IMG/VR virus record: IMGVR_UViG_3300030380_006811
Coordinates: 1-64,000 of that record
Reading direction: 5' to 3' (one strand)
From: a virus
DNA length: 64,000 nt
Translations under genes and position numbers: made by a program
The notes under the pieces: generated by a model
The model's database searches: none
Seen by the model: the letters and a program-made list of their open reading frames with translations, nothing else
Told to the model about the DNA's origin: nothing
In this document: positions 49,257 through 58,622 of the stretch, one piece after another
Layout: each line of letters begins with the position of its first letter
Numbering within the stretch: the first letter of the stretch is position 1

Positions 49257-50042
49257 ATGCATAAGCAACTAAAAAGGGTTACAGACTACAATAAAAGACT
49301 ACCTATTGTAGAAATATACACAGCAGTACAATCAGAAGGAAGCAGAGCAGGATACCCAACAGTAGTAATTAGAACTACAGGGTGTACTCATAGATGTTAT
49401 TTTGGTGAAGGAGGATGGTGTGATAGTTGGTATACAAGTATTCATGCAGAAAAAGGTAAATTTACCTTTAATGATATTATTGCAATGTATAAAAAGAACC
49501 CCCATATATCAGAAATGATGTTAACTGGAGGTTCACCTACTATGCATGGAGCATTAGTAAACGAATTAACACACTTTGCACATGAAAATAATATATTTAT
49601 TACTATCGAAACTGAGGGAAGTCATTTTCTACCCACAGATTACCCTATTAATTTGCTATCTATTAGCCCTAAGTTTTCTAATTCTATACCAGTATTGGGT
49701 GTAAAAACACCACAAGGTGAAGTTACAACTGAAAAAATGATTAAAACACATAATAGGCTAAGGTGTAATTGGGATGCCATTAAAAAATCCATAGCTTACC
49801 ATTCAGATTTTCATTTAAAACCTGTTTGGGATGGAAAAGATCAAGGGGCATTAGCTGAAATTATGGATGCAATAGCTCAATTAGAAATTAAACCTGAAAA
49901 AGTTTGGTTTATGCCTGCAGGTGATTCAAGAGAAGCATTATTTAAATCTTATCCTGTATTATTTGATTGGGTTAGAGATAATGGATATAGAATGACTTGG
50001 AGGCCTCACATTATTGCTTTTGAAGATCAAAGAGAGGTATAA
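49257..50042 (+). CDS. queE: 7-carboxy-7-deazaguanine synthase (radical SAM)
   Basis: VQSEG..AG.P.V.IR..GC...C.......CDS, LTGG.P, IETEG, SISPK. Confidence 0.9.
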   Translation: MHKQLKRVTDYNKRLPIVEIYTAVQSEGSRAGYPTVVIRTTGCTHRCYFGEGGWCDSWYTSIHAEKGKFTFNDIIAMYKKNPHISEMMLTGGSPTMHGALVNELTHFAHENNIFITIETEGSHFLPTDYPINLLSISPKFSNSIPVLGVKTPQGEVTTEKMIKTHNRLRCNWDAIKKSIAYHSDFHLKPVWDGKDQGALAEIMDAIAQLEIKPEKVWFMPAGDSREALFKSYPVLFDWVRDNGYRMTWRPHIIAFEDQREV

Positions 50043-50045
50043 GAG

Positions 50046-50216
50046 ATGTCTAAATGGGATGAAATAAATGAAAAATTAGAATTTATTTATCTTAATACTG
50101 ATAGATGCTGTCAAGATTTATGCGAAGGTCAAGAATGTAAATATAGGGTAGAAGAGATAATGGAGTTATTAGTAGATATAAAACAAAAATATGATAAAGT
50201 TAATTTATGGAAGTGA
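50046..50216 (+). CDS. 56-aa Cys-cluster peptide (not in the ORF track)
   Basis: MSKWDEINEKLEFIYLNTDRCCQDLCEGQECKYRVEEIMELLVDIKQKYDKVNLWK*. Confidence 0.45.
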   Translation: MSKWDEINEKLEFIYLNTDRCCQDLCEGQECKYRVEEIMELLVDIKQKYDKVNLWK

Positions 50217-50718
50217 TACAGGTAATACTGAACACGTTATAGATAATATACTATTAACAGAGTTAGAAAATAAGGGTTTTGAAATTAATGTAACTTGCGT
50301 TAATGAAGTAACTGAAGAAGATTGGAATCATAATAAATTTATATTAGGTATTCCTACTTGGTATGATGGTGAATTACAAAGTGATTGGGAAGATTATTTT
50401 GATACCTTTAAAGAAATAGACTTTACAGATAAAACAGTAGCTATATTTGGTTTAGGAGACCAAATTGGCTATGAAGAATGGTTTTGTGATGGTATTGGAA
50501 TATTAGCTGAGGTAGTTCTAAAAAACGGAGGTAAAGTTATTGGTTATACTGAAAACGATGATTCGTATGAATTAGATGAAACCCCTAAGTCTTTAGTTAA
50601 TGAAGATACTTTCTATGGGTTATGTTTAGATGAAGATAATCAAGATGAACTAACTGAAGAGAGAATAGAAAATTGGGTTGATAAATTAAAAAAAGAATAT
50701 TATATTAACAATAAATAA
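50191..50718 (+). CDS. fldA: Long-chain flavodoxin
   Basis: YGSDTGNTE, GIPTWYDGELQSDW, FGLGDQ.GY, GL.LDEDNQ.ELT.ERI..W. Confidence 0.92.
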   Translation: MIKLIYGSDTGNTEHVIDNILLTELENKGFEINVTCVNEVTEEDWNHNKFILGIPTWYDGELQSDWEDYFDTFKEIDFTDKTVAIFGLGDQIGYEEWFCDGIGILAEVVLKNGGKVIGYTENDDSYELDETPKSLVNEDTFYGLCLDEDNQDELTEERIENWVDKLKKEYYINNK

Positions 50719-50729
50719 AAGTTATATAC

Positions 50730-51425
50730 ATGGAGAATAAACGTAGAAAAAACCACACAGACTTAGAGGTGGTGCAAGAAGGATTTGCAAATGGTGTTGC
50801 CCCCGGCTTTCCTTTTACGGATAAACAAAAACAAAAAATGATTAATAATGCAGAAAAAGCTTATGGAAAGTTTTTAGATGCATTAAAATGTGATTGGAGA
50901 AATGATCCCAATTCAATGGAAACACCTCGACGAGTAGCTAAAGCTTATGTTAATGATTTATGGGCTGGTAGATACACAGCAATGTCTCCTATTACATCAT
51001 TCCCATCAGATGGTTATGATGGTATTGTTATTGAACGTAATATACCATTAACTTCAATGTGTTCTCACCACCACCAAACAATTGGGGGAGTTGTTCATAT
51101 TGGTTATATAGCAGGAGAAGGTGGACAAGTAATTGGATTATCTAAATTAAATAGAATTGTAGAATTATTTGGTAGAAGAGGAGCAATTCAAGAACAACTT
51201 ACATCAGCTATACATAATGCTGTAGATAAAATTACAGATGGAAATAAAGGTGTAATTGTTACTATTGTAGGAACTCATAATTGTGTAAGTTGTAGAGGAG
51301 TTAAACATCAAGGAGCAGCAATGGTTACAACAAAAGCATCAGGTGTATTTAGAAAAAATGAAAATTTAGCTCGTAAAGAGTTTTTTGATAGTTTAAAAAT
51401 TAATAATGGTGGACACAATATTTAA
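50730..51425 (+). CDS. folE: GTP cyclohydrolase I
   Basis: ETPRRVAK, SMCSHH, GLSKLNR, QEQLT, HNCVSCRGV. Confidence 0.95.
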   Translation: MENKRRKNHTDLEVVQEGFANGVAPGFPFTDKQKQKMINNAEKAYGKFLDALKCDWRNDPNSMETPRRVAKAYVNDLWAGRYTAMSPITSFPSDGYDGIVIERNIPLTSMCSHHHQTIGGVVHIGYIAGEGGQVIGLSKLNRIVELFGRRGAIQEQLTSAIHNAVDKITDGNKGVIVTIVGTHNCVSCRGVKHQGAAMVTTKASGVFRKNENLARKEFFDSLKINNGGHNI

Positions 51426-51428
51426 GTT

Positions 51429-51983
51429 ATGTTAAAAATAGAAGAGAAAAAAATAAAAGTTAGTTGGGATGATGTTGAGGAAGCAGTAAAAAAATTATGT
51501 GATATTATCAAACCTGAAATAGATAATGTTTCCTCTATACATGGAATATCTAGAGGTGGGTTAATTCCTGCTGTTATGGTTTCACATAGATTAGGCCTTC
51601 CTTATGTAGATGTTCCTATTAAAAATACAATGGTAATAGATGATATTTGTGATAGTGGAGTTACATTAAGAGATTATAAAGCAACTTGGAAAGGAGCTTT
51701 ATGGTTTAAACCTAATACCTCATGTTTTACCCCAACTTGTTGGGCAGAAGAACATTTAGGAGATGAGTGGTTAATTTTTCCTTGGGAAAAGTCCAACTCA
51801 GAACCAATTCAGGATTATCTAAAAACAAAGGAATTTAAGGAATTTGCTGAAAATGAAGACAATTCTGTGGTTTGGCCCGAAGAAGATAGTAAATTACACA
51901 CTGTAGGAGGTTTAACTAACGATAAAGAAGGTTCTTTTATGGAATTTTTAAATAAAATTGATAAAAAAAATAAAAATGGGTAA
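51429..51983 (+). CDS. Type I phosphoribosyltransferase (Gpt/XGPRT-like)
   Basis: GISRGGLIPA, PRPP loop VIDDICDSGVT, WLIFPWE. Confidence 0.85.
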   Translation: MLKIEEKKIKVSWDDVEEAVKKLCDIIKPEIDNVSSIHGISRGGLIPAVMVSHRLGLPYVDVPIKNTMVIDDICDSGVTLRDYKATWKGALWFKPNTSCFTPTCWAEEHLGDEWLIFPWEKSNSEPIQDYLKTKEFKEFAENEDNSVVWPEEDSKLHTVGGLTNDKEGSFMEFLNKIDKKNKNG

Positions 51984-52527
51984 ACAATTAGAATTTTCAT
52001 ATCAATGGGAAAAATTAAAAGATGTCCCATTTGTAAACGAAGTAGAACAATTTAATGCCACATTTGGCAAACCAAATAATTATGAACCAACAATACCAGA
52101 AAAAAAGGAATGGCAATTCGTATACGACTTTGTACTTGAAGAACTGGAAGAATATCGACAGGCATGCGAAAACGGAAACATCGTGGAAGTTTTGGATGCT
52201 TTGTGTGATATTACTTATGTTTCCCTTGGGAACGGTACTATGTTACACGGTCTTAAGGATAAGATATGGCCAGCGTATCAAGAAGTACAAGCATCAAATT
52301 TATCGAAGTCTTGCAGCACTGAGAAAGAAGCCATGGAAACTGTCTCCGTCCGCTCTAAAGAACAAAATGAGCCATGTCACTATGAGAAAGTGGAGGAAAG
52401 ATTTGTAGTGTATAGAACACGAGATAAAAAAGTAATGAAATCAATTAATTATTTTAGACCTGACCTAACCCAATTTTTCACAGGAGATGAATTACAGAAA
52501 TTTCATAATACAAGCGCAGGGATCTAA
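51976..52527 (+). CDS. MazG-like all-alpha (d)NTP pyrophosphohydrolase
   Basis: LEELEEY...EVLDALCDITYV, EVQASNLSK, KVMKS. Confidence 0.8.
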   Translation: MGKQLEFSYQWEKLKDVPFVNEVEQFNATFGKPNNYEPTIPEKKEWQFVYDFVLEELEEYRQACENGNIVEVLDALCDITYVSLGNGTMLHGLKDKIWPAYQEVQASNLSKSCSTEKEAMETVSVRSKEQNEPCHYEKVEERFVVYRTRDKKVMKSINYFRPDLTQFFTGDELQKFHNTSAGI

Positions 52528-54236
52528 TGTATAAAAAATGTTATGCCACTAGATTAGGAAGTAATAAATATAAGATTCATTTATGGGACGAAGGTGGCTA
52601 TGATGAAATCGAATGGTATAATTGTGCTTATCAGGAATGTTCTAAAGAAGATAAACTATACACAGGTTTAGGAGGAGAACCACTTAGAAAAATTTATAAA
52701 TGGGATAAAAATACTCCTAATTTACACTTTCATGATATACCCCCTTATCAAAAATTTCTTATTGAAAAATATGGTATTGATGATAAACCATCTATAGGCC
52801 ATAGAGAATTATTTTTTGACATTGAGTGTGAAATTGGAGGAGCCTTAACAGAAGAATATATTGAAAGGGCTCCTATGCCTATTACAACAATAGCATATTG
52901 GGATAAAACTCCTGATAGTTGGGTTATTTTAGTTCGCGATGATAAAAATGAATTAAAACGAACTAAAGCAAAAAACAAAGAAATAGTCCCATGCAGAACA
53001 GAAAAAGAACTATTAGCTAAGTTTTTAGAACGTTTTAAAGAAATTGATCCTGATATTTTAATTGGATATAATAGTGACTTTTTTGATATACCCTACTTAT
53101 ATTATAGAATGTGTAATGTATTAGGTAAAGAGTGGGCTGATCAATTATCCCCAATTGGTAAAGTAAATGCTAAAAAGAATAATGAATATTTTTTTAAAAG
53201 AAATCAATTTGTAGATATTATTGGGGTCGAATCTCTAGATTATATTCGTTTACATAAAAAATACAGTTGGAAAGATGAACCAAGTTGGAAATTAGATGCT
53301 ATTGGTGAAAAATATGTAGGTGTAGGCAAAGTAGAGTATGAGGGAAATTTAGATCAGTTATTTAAAACTGACCTCCAAAAATATATTCAATATAACTTTG
53401 TTGATGTTGAAATATTAAAACTACTAGACGAAAAACTCCAGTACATTGCTTTAACTAAAAACTTATCCCATAAAGGAAAACATAATTATAGTGAAGTTTA
53501 TGCAAATAGTAAAACCCAAGATGGTGCAATTTCAGCTTATTTATTATCCCAAAATATAATCCCACCAGGTAAGGATCCTAATCCTAGAAGTAAAAAAGGA
53601 TATGCTGGTGGTTACCTTTTTTGCCCTAAAGCTGGATTGTACAAATATATGTTTGATGAGGATTTAACTTCACTATATCCATCTATTATAATGTCTTTAA
53701 ACATTGGTCGTGAAACATTTAAGGGACGTATCATAGATGCTGATGACCGCAATAATAGATTGGGTCTTAATGATTTAAAAGAACGTGATCAAGATGAAGA
53801 ATTATTAGTTGAAAATGTTAAAGGACAACAAACTAGAGTTAATGTTAGAAGATTAATTCGAATGGTTGAAGAAAACAATCTAACATTATCTGCTAATGGT
53901 TCTATGTTTACTACTGATAGACAATCAACTCTATCCACAGTATTAGATAAATGGTTTTCTGAACGTAAACTATATAAGGGCAAAATGAAAGAGGCATATA
54001 AAGCAGGTGATAAAGAAAAAGGTGCCTATTATCATTTAATGCAATATACAATGAAAATTTTACTTAATAGTTTATATGGTGCTACAGCTTTACCATCATT
54101 TAGATATGGATTAAGTTTATCTATATTAAGTGAAGCAATCACACTATCTGGTCACAGAATTATACAAGAATCGGCTCTATGCGCTAATAGACATATGAAT
54201 AAAGTTATGCGTGGGGATATAAAATTAAAAATATAA
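52527..54236 (+). CDS. Family-B DNA polymerase, N-terminal part (3'-5' exonuclease + motifs A and B)
   Basis: ExoI FDIE, ExoII GYNSDFFDIPY, ExoIII YNFVDV, motif A DLTSLYPSI, motif B KILLNSLYG; motif C absent. Confidence 0.9.
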   Translation: MYKKCYATRLGSNKYKIHLWDEGGYDEIEWYNCAYQECSKEDKLYTGLGGEPLRKIYKWDKNTPNLHFHDIPPYQKFLIEKYGIDDKPSIGHRELFFDIECEIGGALTEEYIERAPMPITTIAYWDKTPDSWVILVRDDKNELKRTKAKNKEIVPCRTEKELLAKFLERFKEIDPDILIGYNSDFFDIPYLYYRMCNVLGKEWADQLSPIGKVNAKKNNEYFFKRNQFVDIIGVESLDYIRLHKKYSWKDEPSWKLDAIGEKYVGVGKVEYEGNLDQLFKTDLQKYIQYNFVDVEILKLLDEKLQYIALTKNLSHKGKHNYSEVYANSKTQDGAISAYLLSQNIIPPGKDPNPRSKKGYAGGYLFCPKAGLYKYMFDEDLTSLYPSIIMSLNIGRETFKGRIIDADDRNNRLGLNDLKERDQDEELLVENVKGQQTRVNVRRLIRMVEENNLTLSANGSMFTTDRQSTLSTVLDKWFSERKLYKGKMKEAYKAGDKEKGAYYHLMQYTMKILLNSLYGATALPSFRYGLSLSILSEAITLSGHRIIQESALCANRHMNKVMRGDIKLKI

Positions 54237-54237
54237 T

Positions 54238-54531
54238 ATGGAAGATTTTTTAATAGGTTTAGGTTTATTACCAATTTTAATTTTAGTTAATTATGTTATT
54301 TTAACTTTATGTAAGTTTTTTCCTAAACATATCTTAGCAATGAGTGGAGTTATGATAGGATTAGATACTATTATGACTTTAGGTTATACTTTTACGGCTA
54401 AGACTTTTATTACTGACATTAAATTAATGGTAGGAGGAATAGGCCTGTCTATATTTGCAGCGTTAGCACATAAAGTTTTAACTTTTATAAAACAATTAGG
54501 TGAATTAAATAAACATGAAATAGGTAACTAA
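54238..54531 (+). CDS. Membrane protein with three TMs, inside the PolB gap
   Basis: 97-aa hydrophobic ORF. Confidence 0.55.
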   Translation: MEDFLIGLGLLPILILVNYVILTLCKFFPKHILAMSGVMIGLDTIMTLGYTFTAKTFITDIKLMVGGIGLSIFAALAHKVLTFIKQLGELNKHEIGN

Positions 54532-54797
54532 TGGCTTTAAGTAAACAATCAATAAGAAAATCAATGCATATTACTGCAAATGGTGATGAAATTCATAAAG
54601 ATGAACTTATCTTAATAAGTGAAGATTGGACTGAAGTCCAAGAGAATTTTTTTAGGAAAATGTTAAAACAAGGAGGACATTTTAGATTAAAAGGGGTTAA
54701 ATATATAGTAGAACTAGATAGATCCGCTGATACAAGATCAGATGGAAGTAGAGATAGTGGAGTCATTCAAATCCCTGGGGAAGACAGCAAATTTTAA
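54531..54797 (+). CDS. Hypothetical protein inside the PolB gap
   Basis: 88 aa (FFRKMLKQGG), coupled. Confidence 0.55.
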   Translation: MALSKQSIRKSMHITANGDEIHKDELILISEDWTEVQENFFRKMLKQGGHFRLKGVKYIVELDRSADTRSDGSRDSGVIQIPGEDSKF

Positions 54798-54800
54798 GGT

Positions 54801-55547
54801 ATGAAAATAATTGAAATACAAGCCATAAGAAGATCAGGACATCACGCCTTCGCTAATTGGTTAATTAATAATTTATTAGACACAGATGGCAGTATTGGTT
54901 ATTGTACTGATAAGTATAATATTATTAATGATGGTGAAGTATTATGGGTTAATGAAGCTGAATATGATTTGAATCAAACTAAAAAAGTAATTTCAATAAA
55001 TAAACCAAATTATGTTTTTCTTACTTATGAAGTATTTCTTTATAAACATAATAGTAATTCCAAACCACATGTTAAGGATAATATAAATAGTTTAATATTA
55101 ACCCCTTATTTAGAAAAAAAATGGGGAGTAACAAGTTATCATAACTATTCATTTGTTAGAGAATTTTGGAATAATTTTGCTTCATTATTTACATTATTTC
55201 CTTTTTATCAAGAAGGGAATAAAAATGATGAAGTTCAACAGTGGGTTAATTACTATAAAACTTCTTTAAAGTATAATTATGAAACTAATGGTGGTGTTTT
55301 TGATTTGTGGATTCAAAATAGCGAATATGCCAATGAAATTTCTAATTACCTAATTAATAAAGACAATAAATTAAACCCCTTAAACATAACAGGAACGAAA
55401 TCATCATTTAAAAATTCTGAATTAACAGTAAAAAATTTGTTAAATAGAAGCCAACTTATTACCTTCCCAGATTGGTTTATAGAAATGGTTAACTCAGATG
55501 AGGAATTATTAGAACTTTTAAGTAAACAACAATTATTAATATGCTAG
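54801..55547 (+). CDS. Sulfotransferase-like protein (tentative)
   Basis: N-terminal RRSGHHAFANWL resembles the 5'-PAPS loop; later FVRE...NFAS resembles the 3'-phosphate-binding R-x7-S motif. Confidence 0.4.
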   Translation: MKIIEIQAIRRSGHHAFANWLINNLLDTDGSIGYCTDKYNIINDGEVLWVNEAEYDLNQTKKVISINKPNYVFLTYEVFLYKHNSNSKPHVKDNINSLILTPYLEKKWGVTSYHNYSFVREFWNNFASLFTLFPFYQEGNKNDEVQQWVNYYKTSLKYNYETNGGVFDLWIQNSEYANEISNYLINKDNKLNPLNITGTKSSFKNSELTVKNLLNRSQLITFPDWFIEMVNSDEELLELLSKQQLLIC

Positions 55548-55927
55548 TAGAAATATCAAATGGAGAGTTATTAGATAAAGTTTCAATATTAGAGCTAAAA
55601 ATGCTTAAAATTGAAGATAAAGAAAAATTAGTCAATATTCAAAAAGAATTTGATACATTAAATCCTTTAGCTAAAGAATTATTTGAGCAATTTGGAGGTC
55701 AACTACAAAATCATTATCTTGAGTTGGCTCGTATAAATGGGTTATTATGGGATATAGAAGATTGGATTAGAGATTGTGAACGTGAAAAGAGATTTGATGC
55801 AGAATTCACTCAGTTAGCTAGATCAGTTTATGTTACTAATGACCAAAGAAGTGAAGTTAAAAAACTTATTAATATTATGACTAAATCAGGTTTAGTAGAA
55901 GAAAAATCATATAAAGATTATAAATGA
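55541..55927 (+). CDS. DUF6165-like protein
   Basis: VEISNGELLDK.SILE.K, LWDIED.IR, LARSVY.TND.R..VK..IN, EEKSY. Confidence 0.7.
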   Translation: MLVEISNGELLDKVSILELKMLKIEDKEKLVNIQKEFDTLNPLAKELFEQFGGQLQNHYLELARINGLLWDIEDWIRDCEREKRFDAEFTQLARSVYVTNDQRSEVKKLINIMTKSGLVEEKSYKDYK

Positions 55928-56880
55928 AGCATTTAGAGGAAACACCTTGGTTTATTTGTGATAAGAATGATGAGAATTATTGTGCTTATGTAGATACTGA
56001 TTCTAATTATTTTAATGCAGAGCCTATTCTAAAACATTTATATCCTGATTTTGAATCACTCTCAGATGAAGAAAAAGATAAGAAATTAGAAGGTGTAGCC
56101 TTAGCATATCAAGATATTATTACTGAACATTATGATAATTTAGCTACTAATTGTTTTAATGTTAAACAATTTGAGTGGTTTGATAAACCTCATTGGCTTG
56201 AAATGAAAACTGAATGTGTAATCAGATCAGCTTATTTTAGAGCAACTAGAAGATATGCCCAATGGATTACTAAACAAGAAGGTATTGCTAAAGAAACTTT
56301 AGATATTAAAGGTCTAGAGTTTATGAAAGCAAATTTTCCACCTATTTTAGGAGATTTCTTTAATAATATTTTACAACAAGTACTTAAAGGAGAACAACAT
56401 AAAAGCATCATTGACCAGATTAAAGTATTTAAAACTCAAATTTTAGATGGAACTATCCCCTTGGCAAAACTAGGTAACCCTACTGCTGTAAAAAAACTAG
56501 ATAAATATAGTGGCAAAAGTGCCCGTGCAGGTGAAATGTTTACTGAAATATTAAAAGGTGCCCCTGCTCCAGTAAGGGCAGCTATTCGTTATAATGATTT
56601 ACTTAGATTATGGCAATTAGATAGAAAATATAATCTAATTACAATGGCTGATAAAGTAAAATGGATCTATTTAAAAGATAACCCCTATAAAATAGAGGCA
56701 TTAGCATTCTTTGATTATGAAATGCCAGATAAAGTAGTTGATTTTTTAGATACTTATGCTGATAGACAAAAAGTATTTGATTCAATATTATTAAATAAAC
56801 TAGAGGGATTTTTTAGTGATTTAGGTTGGTCATTAAATTTAAATCCTTATGTAAACGCTTTAAAATCGTTTGAAATTTAA
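55924..56880 (+). CDS. Family-B DNA polymerase, C-terminal part (motif C, thumb)
   Basis: AYVDTDS motif C, RRYA (KKRY-equivalent), IKGLE. Confidence 0.9.
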   Translation: MKHLEETPWFICDKNDENYCAYVDTDSNYFNAEPILKHLYPDFESLSDEEKDKKLEGVALAYQDIITEHYDNLATNCFNVKQFEWFDKPHWLEMKTECVIRSAYFRATRRYAQWITKQEGIAKETLDIKGLEFMKANFPPILGDFFNNILQQVLKGEQHKSIIDQIKVFKTQILDGTIPLAKLGNPTAVKKLDKYSGKSARAGEMFTEILKGAPAPVRAAIRYNDLLRLWQLDRKYNLITMADKVKWIYLKDNPYKIEALAFFDYEMPDKVVDFLDTYADRQKVFDSILLNKLEGFFSDLGWSLNLNPYVNALKSFEI

Positions 56881-56899
56881 AATAAAATTCGTATATTAT
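56869..56899 (+). promoter_or_regulatory. Bacteroidota-type promoter
   Basis: TTTG(56869)-N19-TATATTAT(56892). Confidence 0.5.
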
Positions 56900-56984
56900 G
56901 TTAGGATTATGGGATGCAGTAGTAGTGGTTATATTTGTAATATCATTACCAAAAATAATTGAAGCATTTAAAAAAAGAAAATGA
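56898..56984 (+). CDS. 28-aa membrane peptide (not in the ORF track)
   Basis: MLGLWDAVVVVIFVISLPKIIEAFKKRK*, ATGA-coupled to the clamp gene. Confidence 0.4.
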   Translation: MLGLWDAVVVVIFVISLPKIIEAFKKRK

Positions 56985-57706
56985 TAAGTAAACAACAATT
57001 AAGTTCAGTTATTTCAAAGTATTATTTAAATGGTTTGAATAATCAAGTAAAGTGGAGAATTAAAGATAATACACTTACAATTTATGCTGGTGAAGCAGGT
57101 AGAGTGTGTAGGGTAGTAGCTAATAATTTCCCTTTAGAAGACTCAGAGTTAGGGGTATTTGATACAAATAAATTAAATAAATTATTATCTATTACAAATG
57201 GTGATTTATTAGTATCATTAGAAAAAATGAAGGCAATTTATACTAAAATGCACATTCAGGATTCTAATTTTGATTTAACTTATTCACTAGCTGATACTTT
57301 AATTTTAGGTAAAAATACTTGGTATGATGACCCCGATACATGGGATATAGATCTAAAATTAGAAAATGAAGATGTAGATTCATTAATTAAAGCTAAAAAT
57401 GCTTTAGGTGATGTGAATTCAATGTTAATCACTACAACTAATGATTTTGATGGTAATAATATTTGTGAATTTATTTTTGGTGATAATACAGGATTTTCTA
57501 ATAAAATTACTTACCAAGTAAATGGAGGGGAAATAAAAGACAATACCTTAAGTATTCCATTTAATTCTGATATATTTAAAGATATATTAAATAATAATAA
57601 AGATATGGATAGTTGTTCTTTAAAACTATCAAATACGGGGATATTAAAAATAGAATTTGAATCCGAAGATATTAAAAGTGAATATTTTGTCGCAAGAAAC
57701 GAATAA
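56981..57706 (+). CDS. gp45: Sliding clamp (gp45/PCNA-like)
   Basis: 241 aa two-domain beta pattern, C-terminal G.LKIEF......EYFVA; between PolB and the clamp loader. Confidence 0.7.
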   Translation: MISKQQLSSVISKYYLNGLNNQVKWRIKDNTLTIYAGEAGRVCRVVANNFPLEDSELGVFDTNKLNKLLSITNGDLLVSLEKMKAIYTKMHIQDSNFDLTYSLADTLILGKNTWYDDPDTWDIDLKLENEDVDSLIKAKNALGDVNSMLITTTNDFDGNNICEFIFGDNTGFSNKITYQVNGGEIKDNTLSIPFNSDIFKDILNNNKDMDSCSLKLSNTGILKIEFESEDIKSEYFVARNE

Positions 57707-58082
57707 AAAACCTGATATGTATGCTGAAGATAAGGCAATTATGCCTTATGGTGATAGTGTAGCTGCTCCCAAAATAGAATTAGAAGATACTAATTCGTGG
57801 GTTGCAAAACAAACCGTTGATGTAAATAATTATTTAGCAACCAAATTCAAAGAATTAAAAGAAGAATATGCTAAACTTATTGCTTTATATAAGTGGAATG
57901 AACTTGTAAATAAAGCAGATTTTAGTTTTATCCCCGTTAAGGGGCATATTTATTTTCTTTATCAAAGAGAAAATGGAAATTTATTCTTATCATTAATTGA
58001 ACCTGAATTCTGGAATCAACTTTATGTAGGATCAGTAAAATTAGATTCAGATAATAAATGGATAAAAGTTGAAGATAGGTAG
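57657..58082 (+). CDS. DUF2452-like protein (true start probably ~57687-57717)
   Basis: MPYG.SV.APKI, F.P..G..Y.LY......FLSLIEP..W. Confidence 0.6.
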   Translation: MNPKILKVNILSQETNKKPDMYAEDKAIMPYGDSVAAPKIELEDTNSWVAKQTVDVNNYLATKFKELKEEYAKLIALYKWNELVNKADFSFIPVKGHIYFLYQRENGNLFLSLIEPEFWNQLYVGSVKLDSDNKWIKVEDR

Positions 58083-58124
58083 GAATATCAATTTTCCTTT
58101 TTTATATTATATGTATAATAAATA

Positions 58125-58188
58125 AACACTTGTAGCTAGGGCACATTGTTATATTTTTGTTTAATCGAGTTAGCTTAGGCGCTCACAA
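58125..58188 (+). promoter_or_regulatory. Structured hsp20 leader with two similar hairpins
   Basis: AACA-CT-TGT-A-GC[TAGG]GC-ACA-T-TGTT and GAGT-TA-GC[TTAG]GC-GCTC. Confidence 0.5.
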
Positions 58189-58199
58189 TATAAAATGAT

Positions 58200-58622
58200 A
58201 TGAGTACATTAGAAATCTTTGAAAGGCATATAAGTCCTTTCGATATCCTATTTAGGAATCACTTTAAATCTGACAGCGTATTTAATCCTGTCGCCAATTC
58301 AAAACAACCACACCCCCTTAATATATTCTTTGATGATCAAGGACTTCACTTTGAAGTTGCCTGTACTGGGTTAACTAAAAAAGATGTAATTTTAGACATT
58401 GAAGGCGATATATTAAAAATAAGTTATAAAAAACCAGAAGAAGAAAAGTTTCATGAAGGAACTATTCATAATGGTTTATCTAAAAAATCATTTGATTTAA
58501 GATACAAAATTGCTCCTAAATTTGATTTAGGACAAACCGATGCATCTTTAACAAATGGATTATTAGAAATTTTTATACCTTTAGCTGAGGAAGCTAAACC
58601 AAAAACAATCAAAATTAAGTAA
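58200..58622 (+). CDS. Small heat-shock protein (Hsp20)
   Basis: P.NI, EVA..G..K.DV, L.I, GLS.KSF, A.L.NGLL.I.IP, PK.I.IK. Confidence 0.9.
   Translation: MSTLEIFERHISPFDILFRNHFKSDSVFNPVANSKQPHPLNIFFDDQGLHFEVACTGLTKKDVILDIEGDILKISYKKPEEEKFHEGTIHNGLSKKSFDLRYKIAPKFDLGQTDASLTNGLLEIFIPLAEEAKPKTIKIK

Noticed and set aside
54237-55923. PolB gap as a group I intron or intein
   Set aside because: It holds four ordinary coupled ORFs with no homing endonuclease motifs, no intein Cys/His-Asn ends, and both halves have their own start/stop; splicing is not formally excluded
58160-58190. CIRCE element upstream of hsp20/groESL
   Set aside because: It does not match TTAGCACTC-N9-GAGTGCTAA; reported instead as a hairpin pair
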